A stretch of DNA of 59,372 nucleotides, filler included. It is 6 parts of 6 records of this genome, joined end to end, with 100 filler letters (N's around TTAATTAATTAA, not from the genome) between each part and the next. Parts side by side here need not be neighbours in the genome. Positions count along the whole stretch, not along the records: positions 26,633 to 32,662 come from SRR31147125_36; positions 32,763 to 44,522 come from SRR31147125_52; 4 more parts are not named here. One strand, written 5' to 3'. Of the stretch, positions 32,500 to 43,681 are shown in pieces. The translations under genes and the position numbers were made by a program. The number at the start of each line of letters is the position of its first letter. Position 1 is the stretch's first letter. The notes under the pieces are model-generated. The model worked only from the letters and a program-made list of their open reading frames with translations. It had not been told where the DNA came from and did not search any database.

Positions 32500-32662
32500 T
32501 TATTGTGGGTATCTGAAATTGTCTGAGAAATAACCTTCGAGGGTCGTTCTCATAGTCTTAAGATCACTTTGTGCAGCGGAATCAAAAGCCTTCTGACGGT
32601 AGGAAGCAAACTGAGGGATGGCAATAGCAGCCAGGATACCGATGATCGCAACAACGATCAGC
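32500..32662 (-). CDS. pilA: short type IVa pilin PilA-N (Geobacter e-pilin type), 5' end cut by contig edge; absent from the ORF track
   Basis: Manual translation: LIVVAIIGILAAIAIPQFASYRQKAFDSAAQSDLKTMRTTLEGYFSDNFRYPQ*. Confidence 0.93.
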
Positions 32663-32762
32663 NNNNNNNNNNNNNNNNNNNNNNNNNNNNNNNNNNNNNN
32701 NNNNNNTTAATTAATTAANNNNNNNNNNNNNNNNNNNNNNNNNNNNNNNNNNNNNNNNNNNN
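32663..32762. other. artificial contig spacer
   Basis: N-run with TTAATTAATTAA. Confidence 0.98.
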
Positions 32763-35557
32763 TGGCTCTGGCTCAGGCTCAGGTTCCGGCTCGACTATTG
32801 TGTCAGTTGAAAATGTTGACTCTTGTTCATATCCTGTGGGGGAGTCGTCCGACTGAGGTTGATCATAAGGATCTGAACTACTGTAGTCTTCCGATCCGGA
32901 GGTCGTAAAAGGATCTTCCAATGCGAACGGGTCTATAGTCGGCCAAGGCGAATACGTGCTACCTCCGGAATCGGAGCTGAAAGGGAGACTTTGACCACCT
33001 TCATTAAATGGTGCACCTTCACTTTCACTATTTCCTTCAGCAATATCGTCTGTACCACTCTGAGTTGAACTCTCATCATATCCGGAAGTCTCCCCATTGG
33101 CGATCGCTGTTGAAGTCCCTTCCTCCTGTTGAGATGTCCCTACGTCTTCCTCTGTGGTAGCGTCGTTCGAAGGGGTGCTCTCTTCATGCTGAGATCCATT
33201 TTCAGCCGTATCCTCGTCACTCCCCCTCTTCTGGGGCTGCTCCTTCCTCTCCCATTTCATCAGAAGCATCTGATTTTTCCTGATCCGATTCAGATGGTTC
33301 TGCCGTGTCAACTGCTTCTACAGAGGTGTCGCCGTCGTCATTCTCATCGGATGTACCGGCGTTTTCTCCATCGCTATCGGTATCCTCAGATTGGTCCCGG
33401 GAACCTTCTTGGGCTCCCTCACCCTCCATGCCATCTTCAGAAAGGGGGAGTCGATTGATCAGCATCGCCGCTTTCAGCCTCCCCGGTCTCTTCGGGCTCT
33501 TTGATCTCTTCAGTCTCTTTGATCTCTTCAGTCTCTTTGGCCTCTTCAGCATCTTTGGTCTCTTCAACCTCTTTGGTCTCTTCGGTCGAAACGTCCACTT
33601 CTCCAGAAGGCTCGATATCATTCATTGCCAACAGTAATGCATCATCAATTTCAGTTTCCGGGGCAATCTCATCGCCCTCATCAACGCTTTGAGAGGCTTC
33701 GGCCTGGGAGATAACAGCCTGATCTGCAACGGAAACGGCATCGGATACACTCCCTCCTTCTGCGAGAGAATCGGAAATGGCTTCGGCAACAGCTTCCGAT
33801 GTAATACCCATATCTTCGCCAATGATCTTCCCATCATTTTCCCCAAGGCCACCCGACTCTCCCTCAGCATTGGCTGCAATGGTTTCAACAATACTCTCAA
33901 CCACTTCCGTAAGGTTCTCCCCGGTTGCAATGGCTTCGGACAACGCGGCATCGGCCGTGCTCTCTCCGCTCGCCACGCTGCTTTCAGCTTGAGACACTTG
34001 CGCGACAACCATGACGGCCTGCATAACGACCCTCTGGACAACATCATTCATCGCCTCATTTGACAATCCTTGGGCTGACTCGGCCCCTGCCTCTCCGGAA
34101 GCGCTTTCCGCACCGCTGCCGATGACTGCTGAACCGGCCTCGGAAACGTTTCCTTCGGAAGACTGGGCAGTCAACGACTCCACCAGCGCTTCTTGCAGGA
34201 CTTGAGCATCAAAGCTTCCAGAATCGACCATCCCGCTTTCAACGATGGCATCCACCAGGCCGTCGACAGCATCGGCAATGCCCTTACCCGATGCAATGGC
34301 CTCCATCAAGGCCGATTCAGGACTTCCGCCGGATGCGACGTTCAATTCCGAAAGCACCGCTATGACCGCTTCGGTGGTCTGCATGGCTTCTGCAATGGCA
34401 CCTTCAAGATTCCCCCCTTCAACGGCAGCTGCCAGGGCCGCCTCCATATTCCCTTCCATGGCCTGGGCCAATTCCGGTACACCCTCCCCTGAATCAACTC
34501 CTGCCGCCAAATCTTGCAAAACGGCTTCAACATTCTCACCCGTTGCAAGTGCAGAGAGAAACTCGGAACTTCCATCGCCCGCCACGCCGGAAGAAACCGC
34601 ACCCATTGTTTCTGCAACGGAGGCGGATACGGCCTGAGCTTGATCCAAGGATTCAGCAACGGAAGTGCCCTCGGCAAGTGCTTCAATCATCGCATCCCTA
34701 AATGTGGCCGCATCGCCGTCCAATTGGGTGGCATTCGGCAATGCCGAGTCAATATCATCTCCGGAAGCCAGTGAAGACAGCAACTCAGCTTCGGGACTCA
34801 TCTTCCCTTGAACGGCAGCTTCCGAGCGACTTAATAGAGTCAATGCCTCGGAGACCGCCTGAAGTGCCGTATCCGGAGTCCCCCCATTGGCCATAAATTC
34901 CGAAAAGGCTTTGATCAGCATATCCAATGCTTCAGGTGACAGATCGCCAAAAATGGATTCCAGAGTCTCCCCAACATTTTGACCATCGGCCAGGGCCGAT
35001 AATATCAAACTTCCACCACTCAATTCTTCTTGAACAGTTTCTTTGACCTCTCGGGTTTCTTCAAATCCTTCTTTTGCACTTTCAACAGCGGCGTCCACAC
35101 TACCTTCTTGCTCCAGTGCCGCACCAATCTCGTTGACCACATCCACCGCTTCCTCACTGTTCGGGTCGACACCGTCAGGAAGAGCTTCGGAGATAATTTC
35201 TTCGATCTCATCCCCCGTTGACAGGGCACTTGAAAGTGAATCTATCCGACTTTCTCCCGCCAGCTGCTGTTGCACATATCCAACATCCAGAAGAACCATG
35301 GAAGATTGAAGTGCCTGGGCTGGATTCCGTCCCATTCCGCTGTTGAGATTATCCTGCAATATTTCCAAAAAGCGCTCTGCCCCTGTTACGGCTTCAGTGC
35401 TGCTTCCACCCTGGGAGGCAATGTAATCGGCGGCAATGGCTTTGAGATCGGCAAGAGGATCTTGCCCTTCTTGGGAGGAGGGGTCGCTGAGGGTATGGTT
35501 CAGTGCCGACAAAAGTCTATTAAAAGCGTTGGTATCCGTCATAGGTGTTTCAGGCAT
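32763..35557 (-). CDS. large acidic repeat protein, probable T1SS substrate/adhesin (>930 aa, 3' end cut; frameshifts near 33445 and 33225)
   Basis: Three overlapping ORFs with the same E/D/S/A/G-rich composition join at C5 and G5 runs; no signal peptide; directly downstream of T1SS genes. Confidence 0.72.
33487..33585. repeat. 18-bp coding tandem repeat, ~5.5 copies (EETKEV/EETKDA/EEAKET/EEIKET/EEIKEP)
   Basis: Units like TCTCTTCAGTCTCTTTGR back to back with no spacers. Confidence 0.9.
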
Positions 35558-35855
35558 TGAAAAAACTCCTATTCTCGATGTGAATCCATAGTGGGCTGTG
35601 TCTTGAATGATCGCAACAGGCTCAGGATAGCATCCTTATATCATTACTGTACAACTGTCAGAGTCAGAGTCAGATTTCAAATACGCTTCCCCCGAAAGCG
35701 CAACCCCCTTTTTTTGAGGATCTGGAGGATGTCGTCCTGCTGACTCAAGATCAGTTCATCTGATCCAAAATGGCGTAATTGTAATGAGTTACATGTTCAA
35801 TGTATAAACAATTTTGGAAAAGATTACCAACAAAAAGGAAGAAATTATATTGGCG

Positions 35856-37225
35856 TTACCGCTCATGAAGAGCCGTTTCGAGAGAAAGCTTGAACGGGCT
35901 GACCAAATAATTCCAAACAGTGCGAGTGTCGGTGATAATATCACATTGGATCAGCATCCCGGGGAAAAGCCTGTAAGGTTTGCCGGGGGGACCGAAATAA
36001 TCCTGCTCTGTAGAAATTTTAACTTTATAGTAAGGGGGACCTTCTTGCTGGATAATCGTGTCGGGACTGATCTGCAACACCTCCCCATTGATCTGACCGA
36101 GCCGTGCAAATCCGGAAGAGGCAAGGCGGAGCATCACCGGTTGTCCCTGATGAACATATCCGATCTCCCCCACGGGAAGCCTGGCTTCGATGATGAGCCG
36201 ATCCTCCGTGGGAACAATGTCCGCCACAGCCCCGCCTGGAGTGACAATCCCTCCAATGGTGGAGACAAACAGCGTTTTGACCGTACCGTCCACAGGAGCT
36301 CTCAGAACGGTTCGTTTAAGGGTGTCTTCATCCTTTTGGAGTCGCTCATTGATGATATCGAAGGTACGCTGTGAATCCCTGAGCTCTTCATAAGCCGCCT
36401 CGACAAATGTGGTTTTAACCAGGGCTAGACGGGTTTCGGATTCTTTTATAGCCGCACTCATCCGCTTCAATGCGGCGTTGTCCACCCGCTGCTGGGCTGT
36501 TAAATCGGCGAGCTGCTTCAATAAATCAATATGGTTCATCCGGTTGGAGAGGCTGTGCTCCAACAGCTTGTTGCTGATCCCCACCTGCTCTTCAATGAAC
36601 TTTCGTACACGGGTAGTGCCTGAGAGTCGTCCCCGGATCTCTTCAATCTGATATCGATATTGAGAGATGAGGGCTTCCTGCACCTTCACCTCCCCCTTGA
36701 GCCGCTCTTTTCGGTTGGTAAAGATGGCCACGGCCCGACGGGTGAGTTCAGGCTCCCTCTTTTCCATTTCATTGGGAAAAGTCAGTGCGACATCTCCACG
36801 GATTTCGGCAGAAAGACGTAATATCTTTACCTGTAACGAATTCCGTTGAATGGTCTGCTCCGCCACATCCGCAAACCGAGCTGTCGACTCGAGAATGACC
36901 AAGGGTTGACCGACCGCCACCGTCTCCCCTTCCTTGACCCGAATCTCCCTGACAATCCCCCCTCCAGATGTTGAACGGTTTTAATCCGACCAAACGGGAT
37001 CACCTCCCCGGTAGCCCGGCTCACAACCTCAAGGGTTCCCACGGCTGCCCAAATGCCGAAAACACCGATCATCCCCATGAGAAGCAAAAGAAATGTATGA
37101 CTTCCCTCCTTGAATCGGGTCCGATGGACTTTTGATTGATAGGATTTTGATTGCTGAGAGGGGCGCTCAACCTGTTGAGACGTATGGGGAGAAGATGACT
37201 TGAAAATTGAATTGGGTTTACCCAC
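35856..37225 (-). CDS. HlyD-family T1SS membrane fusion protein, ~456 aa; 1-nt frameshift in the G-run near 36960
   Basis: TM then ATGEVIP..IKTVQHLEGGIV (restored), LRAPVDGTV, ISPDT, LFPGM, YLVSP. Confidence 0.9.
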
Positions 37226-38939
37226 GCCCCCCCCCTCTCATTTTTTGCGTCTGAGGTGTTCTTGTGGGCATATTCGCAGATTGAGGCATCGTAGTATGTA
37301 GTTTGGGGACCGGTTTCACGTTAAGATCCAAAACCCGTGTTGCCCCTTTGAGAATCCTGGAATCCTGTGAAAACACGACCAACGTATATCCGGCCTGAGT
37401 GAGGGAGATCAGCAATCTGTAAATGGTTTTACACCCCTTGGGATCCAGCCCCTCTGTAGGCTCATCCAGCAATACCAACTTGCCGCCCACAGCCAACGCC
37501 CGTGCCAAAGCCAGGCGTTTCCGGTCTCCTGTGGAGAATCGAGCGGCGTCCATGGTGAGTTGTGTATCAAGCCCTTGGGGCGTCTGATCGATCAACGGAC
37601 CGATTCCGGACGCGTTGATGATACGGTTGAGTGTCGGAGTGTCGATGTCGGGGTTTGCCGCCCTGATATTGTCTCGTATGGTACCGGGCAAAAAACTGAG
37701 CTGCTGAGGGAGCAAGGTGATGTTGGATCGCCACCAGATGGGAGAGACCTGTCGCAGATCGACCCCATCCACTAAAATCTGTCCTCGATCCGGTTCGAGA
37801 AGCCCTGAAAAGAGGCGGGACAATGTGGTCTTACCACTGCCGTTGTCACCGGTCACCACCAATACCGCTCCCGGCTTCAGCTCTAAGGTCAAGGATTCGA
37901 AAAGGGGCTGGGTCATGCCGGGGTACCTGAAGGAAAGATCCCGTAGCGTTACGGCACCTTGATACTGCTTCAACGCCACCCCGCCATCCTTTTCCGACGG
38001 TACGGTACCAAACTGCTGCAGTCTCTCCAGGGCTTGGGACGCACGGGTGAACGCATCTCCCAATTGAGAAAATCGGGTGACGGGGGCCAGTGCCCGCATG
38101 GCAAGAATATTGGCACCGATCAGAATGCCCACATTCAGTTTTCCCTGAACGGCAAGCACGGCCCCGACCGAATATATTGTAATGCTGAGCAGAGACTGGA
38201 CCCCTTTGGTCAGATTTTGCAACAGGTCAAGCCCGTCGGCAACAATGCCCCGCTGTTTTAAAAATCGGTGACTATTCACTTGCCACTGTTGAATCAAAAA
38301 CTTTCCTTTGTCAAAGAGACGTACCGTATCAGGAGAGAGATTGACTGCCGTAAAGAGGCCATTGCCGGCAATGGAGATCTCGGTCAGAGTTTGGATTTTG
38401 GGTTGAAGCAGATAATGACTCCCCATGGCAATAAGCATGGTAATGAGCATGAAAAAAAGGGTAATAATTCCTAAAACGGATGAAATGTAGAAAAGGACAC
38501 CCACAAAGAGCAAAGAAAACGGCAGATCAAACATCGCCGTAATGTTGGCGGGTTTATAAGCCTCCTCCATGGTATTGGCGCCCTTCATGATCTCCTGCCG
38601 CACTTTTGGAGGCAGTGTGGCCAATGCTTGGATTTTGCCTTTGGTCAAGATACCGAAGGTACCCATCATCAACTCAAAGTTTCTTGTCTTGCCCACTCCG
38701 GAAGCCAGGGTCGATCGGATTCTTCGAAAGGAAAATTCGAAAAGAACGGCAAGAGAGACGCCCGCAGTGAGGGTAAACAGCGTAGCATCGACCCCGTGGG
38801 AGATATAGCGGTTGAGTAGCTGAACAATATAGAGAGATGAGGCAAGTCCCAGAAGATTGGCAAACAATGAGGCAAGAGTCAACTCAACCGTGATAAACGG
38901 CTGACTCAATAGCCGTTTTATTAGTTCTCGCATGACCAC
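37218..38939 (-). CDS. T1SS ABC transporter (permease + ATPase, no C39 domain)
   Basis: NLLGLASSLYIVQ, FDLPF, Walker A GDNGSGKTT, FSTGDRKRLALARAL, LLDEPT. Confidence 0.9.
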   Translation of the reverse strand: MVMRELIKRLLSQPFITVELTLASLFANLLGLASSLYIVQLLNRYISHGVDATLFTLTAGVSLAVLFEFSFRRIRSTLASGVGKTRNFELMMGTFGILTKGKIQALATLPPKVRQEIMKGANTMEEAYKPANITAMFDLPFSLLFVGVLFYISSVLGIITLFFMLITMLIAMGSHYLLQPKIQTLTEISIAGNGLFTAVNLSPDTVRLFDKGKFLIQQWQVNSHRFLKQRGIVADGLDLLQNLTKGVQSLLSITIYSVGAVLAVQGKLNVGILIGANILAMRALAPVTRFSQLGDAFTRASQALERLQQFGTVPSEKDGGVALKQYQGAVTLRDLSFRYPGMTQPLFESLTLELKPGAVLVVTGDNGSGKTTLSRLFSGLLEPDRGQILVDGVDLRQVSPIWWRSNITLLPQQLSFLPGTIRDNIRAANPDIDTPTLNRIINASGIGPLIDQTPQGLDTQLTMDAARFSTGDRKRLALARALAVGGKLVLLDEPTEGLDPKGCKTIYRLLISLTQAGYTLVVFSQDSRILKGATRVLDLNVKPVPKLHTTMPQSANMPTRTPQTQKMRGGGRG

Positions 38940-38963
38940 CCTGTTTTTCCCGTTCTACATATC

Positions 38964-40307
38964 CTACCGGATCTTGAAATATTCCGGTTTAAGCACCCCT
39001 GTGGTCTCCATGAGGGAGAAGATGGCAAGGGAGATGTCAATTTTTGCGGCGTAGCTATCGCTTCTGGCATTGATAAGAGAGGTTTCCCCTGCCAGAATGT
39101 CCATCAAGGATCGATTCCCCAATACTCGCTCTTTCCGGGCAAGTTCCAGAAATCCGGCTGTCAACTCCGCCTGGCGGGTCAAGGTTTCGGTGGTGCCCTC
39201 CGCAGTTTTCAGTCTATACCACGCCATTCGTGTGGCTTTCTCCACTATCTTTTCTTGATCCAACACCTGAAAATAGCGATTTCGGGCACTATGGGAAGCC
39301 GCTTTAATTTTATTTCTTTCCGTCAGGCCGAGGTTAATGCTCTTTTTCAGTTCGATGGCGGCTTTGTACTCCTTGTTGTGCCCGAAAACACTGTTGTAGT
39401 TATCTTCAAGGGAAGACTCCAACGTAAAATTGAGATCCGGGTATTTGGCTCGTCGCCGTTCTCCGGTGAGATCCATCTTTGCCATGGCCTCACGGTTTTT
39501 GGCCAGTAGAAGATCGAGATTATTTTGCAATGCCCTATCAAGCACCGGTTTTATTCTCTGCGGGATAACAATGCAGCGATAGGGATCAAGCGGATTGAGG
39601 GTTTCAATATTCTCGGGAAGCGCCCCAAAAATTTCCAAAAACCGACTCTCGGCCGTATGATAGACCCCTTCATTGGAAAGGCGTCTGGAAACCGCTGATG
39701 CAAGTTGGGATTTTGATTGCAGCACATCGGTGGTATACCCGGATCCTTCTGCCACTCGAATCTCCTCCAGTCCGGTCTGATGACGAATATTCTCTTCGGA
39801 ATCCCTGGCGAATCGAAGGACCATGTAGGCCCGGTGGAGTCCTTGGTATGCCAACGCCGCATCAAGGATAAATTTTTGTTTCACTTTCCGGAGCAATAGG
39901 GTTTTATCTTTCAACTCCAGCCTGGCCTTTTCCACTGCAGTGTCGGTTTTGCCGAAGTCGAAGAGCAGCTGGGTCAACTTCAGGTTGATGCGATTGTAGT
40001 GGTCCGGATTATCGTCACCCGCTTCATCTTCCCGGCCTCCCTCTATGGTCATCTGTAGCTCGGGATATCGGCTACCGAGAGAGATCCTGATCCGTTCTTT
40101 TGTCTCTTCCACCGCCTCCTTGGCGGCTTTGATTCGCTCATGCTGCGCTAAAATAGGCGCCAGCATTCGGTAAAACTCAAGGTTGCCCGAGGGAGACTCC
40201 GGAATTGCGACGGATGTCCCCCCCCATGTCGAGCTTCCCCCGATCAACAAGCAAAACCCGAAACCCAGTGCGATTCGAAACAAGATCACCCAACCTCTCA
40301 TCATCAT
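38964..40307 (-). CDS. TolC-family outer membrane protein
   Basis: Signal peptide; LTQLLFDFGKT, LGNRSLMDILAGE; T1SS context. Confidence 0.88.
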   Translation of the reverse strand: MMMRGWVILFRIALGFGFCLLIGGSSTWGGTSVAIPESPSGNLEFYRMLAPILAQHERIKAAKEAVEETKERIRISLGSRYPELQMTIEGGREDEAGDDNPDHYNRINLKLTQLLFDFGKTDTAVEKARLELKDKTLLLRKVKQKFILDAALAYQGLHRAYMVLRFARDSEENIRHQTGLEEIRVAEGSGYTTDVLQSKSQLASAVSRRLSNEGVYHTAESRFLEIFGALPENIETLNPLDPYRCIVIPQRIKPVLDRALQNNLDLLLAKNREAMAKMDLTGERRRAKYPDLNFTLESSLEDNYNSVFGHNKEYKAAIELKKSINLGLTERNKIKAASHSARNRYFQVLDQEKIVEKATRMAWYRLKTAEGTTETLTRQAELTAGFLELARKERVLGNRSLMDILAGETSLINARSDSYAAKIDISLAIFSLMETTGVLKPEYFKIR

Positions 40308-43288
40308 GCCACCCCCGTGTTACCCGCAGGGACCTGACCGGGAGACGGCAGTTTCGTTTGAGGTGGTGCTGCACCGACTCCATCTTGTTTTGCAGGTTGG
40401 GCAGGCGAAGGCGGAGGATCGTTTTGAGGATCATCGACCACTTTGAAAGAAACCCCTTCCCGGGTCAATCGATCCCATACTGCATTCCAGATTTTGGCCT
40501 GTATACCGAATTGCAATTTCCATTCAGTGACCCAGAACCGCACTGCATATTCCGCCACCCACTTGTTGACAATCGGCTTGATCCCCACCATGACATTCAC
40601 CGGCGCCTTCACCTGGTCTATTCCATCAATCTCCGAAATGGCTTCACCGATCCACTTGTTGACGGTAACGGGATTATGTTCGGGTGATACGTGGATGAAC
40701 ACATCACTTCTAACGGAGTCATGTTTTGAATAATTAACAACAACGGAATCCGCCACTTTTCCATTGGGAATGGATACAATATGCTGAGAAAACGTTTGAA
40801 GCCGAACCGTTCGCCACGTCATGTCCACCACGTTGACGGCATCAATGGCATCGATCTTGATCCAGTCTCCCACGGAGAAGGGACGCTCCAGATTGATGAT
40901 AATCCCCGAAAAGACATTGGCGATGTTTCCCTGAACGGCAAGGCCTACAATCATGGCAAAGACACCGCTTGTGGCCAAAACACTGGTGAGGGTTTGATGC
41001 CACACAAAGGCTATGATCCCGCAGAAGGCAAATACGTAAATCATACCTGCAGTAAAGTGACGGATCAGATTTGGAACTTTTCGCTTCGTTCTATTTTCAA
41101 GGGGCGTCCAAACAAATCGTTCCATGGCAATGACCAAAAGGGTCGCACCCAGAAGCCACCATGCCATATCATATCCCATGATGAGACGCTGAATGTAAAT
41201 GAGTGAAATGTCATTCTTGATGGCGGCATTGACCAGAAGATTACCGCAGGAGAGAAGGAGCGGCGGCCAGAAGACCAGCCGAAGAATCCAAGACGATGTC
41301 TGCCAAAAAAAACCGCGCATGCGTCGATCCATCAAAATTGAGGCCAGACTGCCGACGAGTCCGAAGATACCGATATATATCAGATACTCTTCATCCACCA
41401 ACGTCCTAAAATCGATGCGATCTTCACTGATGACGGCGCCGTAATCGATACGGGAGAATGTCGGGTCAGCCGTTCCATATCCGACATAATTTGGACTCCC
41501 CAAAGTTGAAGTGGTGAACATCCGTTGAGAAAGCCATGCGGCGTCAATTTTCCAGCCGGTTGACGGGCTCAGCGTACGGCGAGATTCCAGCTGTTGTTTA
41601 AGGGTAATCCCTTTATCGAACTCCATCCCTAAGACATCCACCACATAGATGACATTGTTTTGATTGAGTTTTCGATGGTGATAGGTTAGCCCCAGCACAT
41701 GCTTCCCATAAGGCAGTTTTTTGTCTAAAAAATCAAACAGAAAGGCTGCTTTTATTCGATACCGGCAAAAGGAGATCTCCCTGTTTTGACTCATCTCGAC
41801 CGGTTCTCCCATCTCAATGGGATCAACGGCATTGAGAAAATCAATATCGGCAGGATCGAATTTACCCTGATACCGAAACCAAATGGAAAAGTCCAGGGCG
41901 GCTCGGTTGTTCTCCACATCGAGTTCTGAAACGGCATGAAGTTCCACACCGGTGTAGATCACGCTGGTTTTGTACATGAACCGGTCGTTGACGTACAGCA
42001 TACGCCCACTTTTGAGTTCATCAAAATAGTTTATTGATCGCTCCGGTTTGATGGGCTGAAGTTGAATCGGTGCGGCAATGATATTTTCACCGTTGTAAAT
42101 ACCCACCTGAACCGGTCGAACCTCTCTACTTCCGGAAATCGGAAACCAGCTCTTTCCGGTAACTCCCTCCATTGCAGATGAGGGACCGGTAAGGCTTTTC
42201 AAATACGCTTTAATGTCACTTCTGCATTTTGACATCTCATAATCGATTCCCTCTTTAGATTGATGTAACATCCCCCGGATCACCATCTTTGCGGCATCGT
42301 AGGCATAGGCGGCCACCCAATCCGGCTGAGATTCATACTTTTCCACGAACCGATTTTTAAACTGCTGAGCATCCCCGCCGGAGGTATCATATAGCATGGG
42401 CACGGAAATCAGAATATTATCGGTATAGGCGGGAATACGATCCGGATTCTCAATCATTTTGGAGAGCACTTCAATAAATGCTGACGTGGCTAGAACATCC
42501 GTTCCGGAAATCACGTTCTTGATACCGGCATCCCGTGCATTGACAACAAACCGTGCTCCCTCGGAAGCTTCACCGGCAAAGAATATGGTTCCTAGATCCT
42601 TTTTCTCTTTGATCTCTTGAATTATTGTACTGAAGCCTTCTGCATCATCTTGACTAAACTCATGGGTGTAGTGAATTTTGGTTCCGAATCGGGCATAAAT
42701 GGCAGTAAATGAGTCCGCCATCATCCGCGCTTTGGCAGAATCGGAATGGACAATGGTAATGATCTTTTTTCCCAGCACATTTCTTAAATAATTGGCAATA
42801 AAACCCGCCTGGCGATCGGTGTCGATTGGAGAAGAAAATAACCACCCGCGACCGTTGGCAATTCCCGGCTGAAGCGATGCCGTATTGATTACCGACAAGT
42901 TCGTTTTACCATAGATTGAAGAAACCGCTTCGATACGATCCGCACGCATACTGGTGATCACCGCAAGGGCTTCATTTTTCATGGTGATCTGCCTGGCTGC
43001 ATTCACTGCATCTTCGGTGCTGTTTTTATCATCCAGCGGCATCAACTTGAAGATTCGGTTTTTAAACATCCCGGCACTGTTCAGCTCATCCAGATAGAGT
43101 GAAATTCCCTTCTCCATGGATTGCCCGATTCCCTTTTCAGTACCTGAAAGAGGGGCAACCAAACCGATATAGGACACATCATCTTCGGAAAGTCTAAACC
43201 ATGTCGTCTTGACAATGAGAGAGCTGATGAGACTCAAAAAAATGATGATAAAAATAATCAATAACAAAATGCGATATTGTCTCTTCAC
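40304..43288 (-). CDS. fusion protein: LivJ-type periplasmic binding domain + pLGIC-like extracellular domain + MscS channel
   Basis: IGLVAPLSG, DDKN, AAYAYDAA (PBP type I); GLIC-like strands and Pro-loop; VGLAVQGNIANVFSGI, ERPFSVGDWIKI, VVDMTWRTV, SIPNG (MscS). Confidence 0.85.
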   Translation of the reverse strand: MKRQYRILLLIIFIIIFLSLISSLIVKTTWFRLSEDDVSYIGLVAPLSGTEKGIGQSMEKGISLYLDELNSAGMFKNRIFKLMPLDDKNSTEDAVNAARQITMKNEALAVITSMRADRIEAVSSIYGKTNLSVINTASLQPGIANGRGWLFSSPIDTDRQAGFIANYLRNVLGKKIITIVHSDSAKARMMADSFTAIYARFGTKIHYTHEFSQDDAEGFSTIIQEIKEKKDLGTIFFAGEASEGARFVVNARDAGIKNVISGTDVLATSAFIEVLSKMIENPDRIPAYTDNILISVPMLYDTSGGDAQQFKNRFVEKYESQPDWVAAYAYDAAKMVIRGMLHQSKEGIDYEMSKCRSDIKAYLKSLTGPSSAMEGVTGKSWFPISGSREVRPVQVGIYNGENIIAAPIQLQPIKPERSINYFDELKSGRMLYVNDRFMYKTSVIYTGVELHAVSELDVENNRAALDFSIWFRYQGKFDPADIDFLNAVDPIEMGEPVEMSQNREISFCRYRIKAAFLFDFLDKKLPYGKHVLGLTYHHRKLNQNNVIYVVDVLGMEFDKGITLKQQLESRRTLSPSTGWKIDAAWLSQRMFTTSTLGSPNYVGYGTADPTFSRIDYGAVISEDRIDFRTLVDEEYLIYIGIFGLVGSLASILMDRRMRGFFWQTSSWILRLVFWPPLLLSCGNLLVNAAIKNDISLIYIQRLIMGYDMAWWLLGATLLVIAMERFVWTPLENRTKRKVPNLIRHFTAGMIYVFAFCGIIAFVWHQTLTSVLATSGVFAMIVGLAVQGNIANVFSGIIINLERPFSVGDWIKIDAIDAVNVVDMTWRTVRLQTFSQHIVSIPNGKVADSVVVNYSKHDSVRSDVFIHVSPEHNPVTVNKWIGEAISEIDGIDQVKAPVNVMVGIKPIVNKWVAEYAVRFWVTEWKLQFGIQAKIWNAVWDRLTREGVSFKVVDDPQNDPPPSPAQPAKQDGVGAAPPQTKLPSPGQVPAGNTGVA

Positions 43289-43681
43289 CGTATCTCCTTA
43301 AATTGCTGAATTACTGGAAATAATGACTGCTGATTAGTACCCGAACAAAATTCAATTCGATACAATTTTATAGGAAAAACATGAATTAAATATGCTCATG
43401 TGCTAATTTCAAGTTACGTACAGACGCAACCCACCCTATTTGTTACAATATTATTAATTTCAATTTTTTTAAATACATGATACCTAACAAAGTTGTCAAT
43501 ACGTGGCATTATTAAAAAAAGGTGCACGAGTGGCTACTCTCAACAAAGGGAGAATGCTCTTGATTGAGTGATGTTCAAGGTCATTCGAATATAATTCAAT
43601 CCAACTCGCACACTCCACTTCAAAATAATTGTTTTTTTTGCAACAAAGTAATCTTTACAATATACCAAGGAAACAAATGAC

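Noticed and set aside
33487-33585. Tandem repeat as a CRISPR array
   Set aside because: 18-bp units with no spacers, in frame within a coding region; no cas genes and no CRISPR array seen anywhere in the window
32095-35557. Functional link between the pilin locus and the T1SS adhesin
   Set aside because: They lie on different contigs separated by an artificial spacer
35814-36651. Plus-strand ORFs opposite HlyD, and similar ORFs across 33000-41500
   Set aside because: Antisense shadows of GC-richer genes with no recognisable domains
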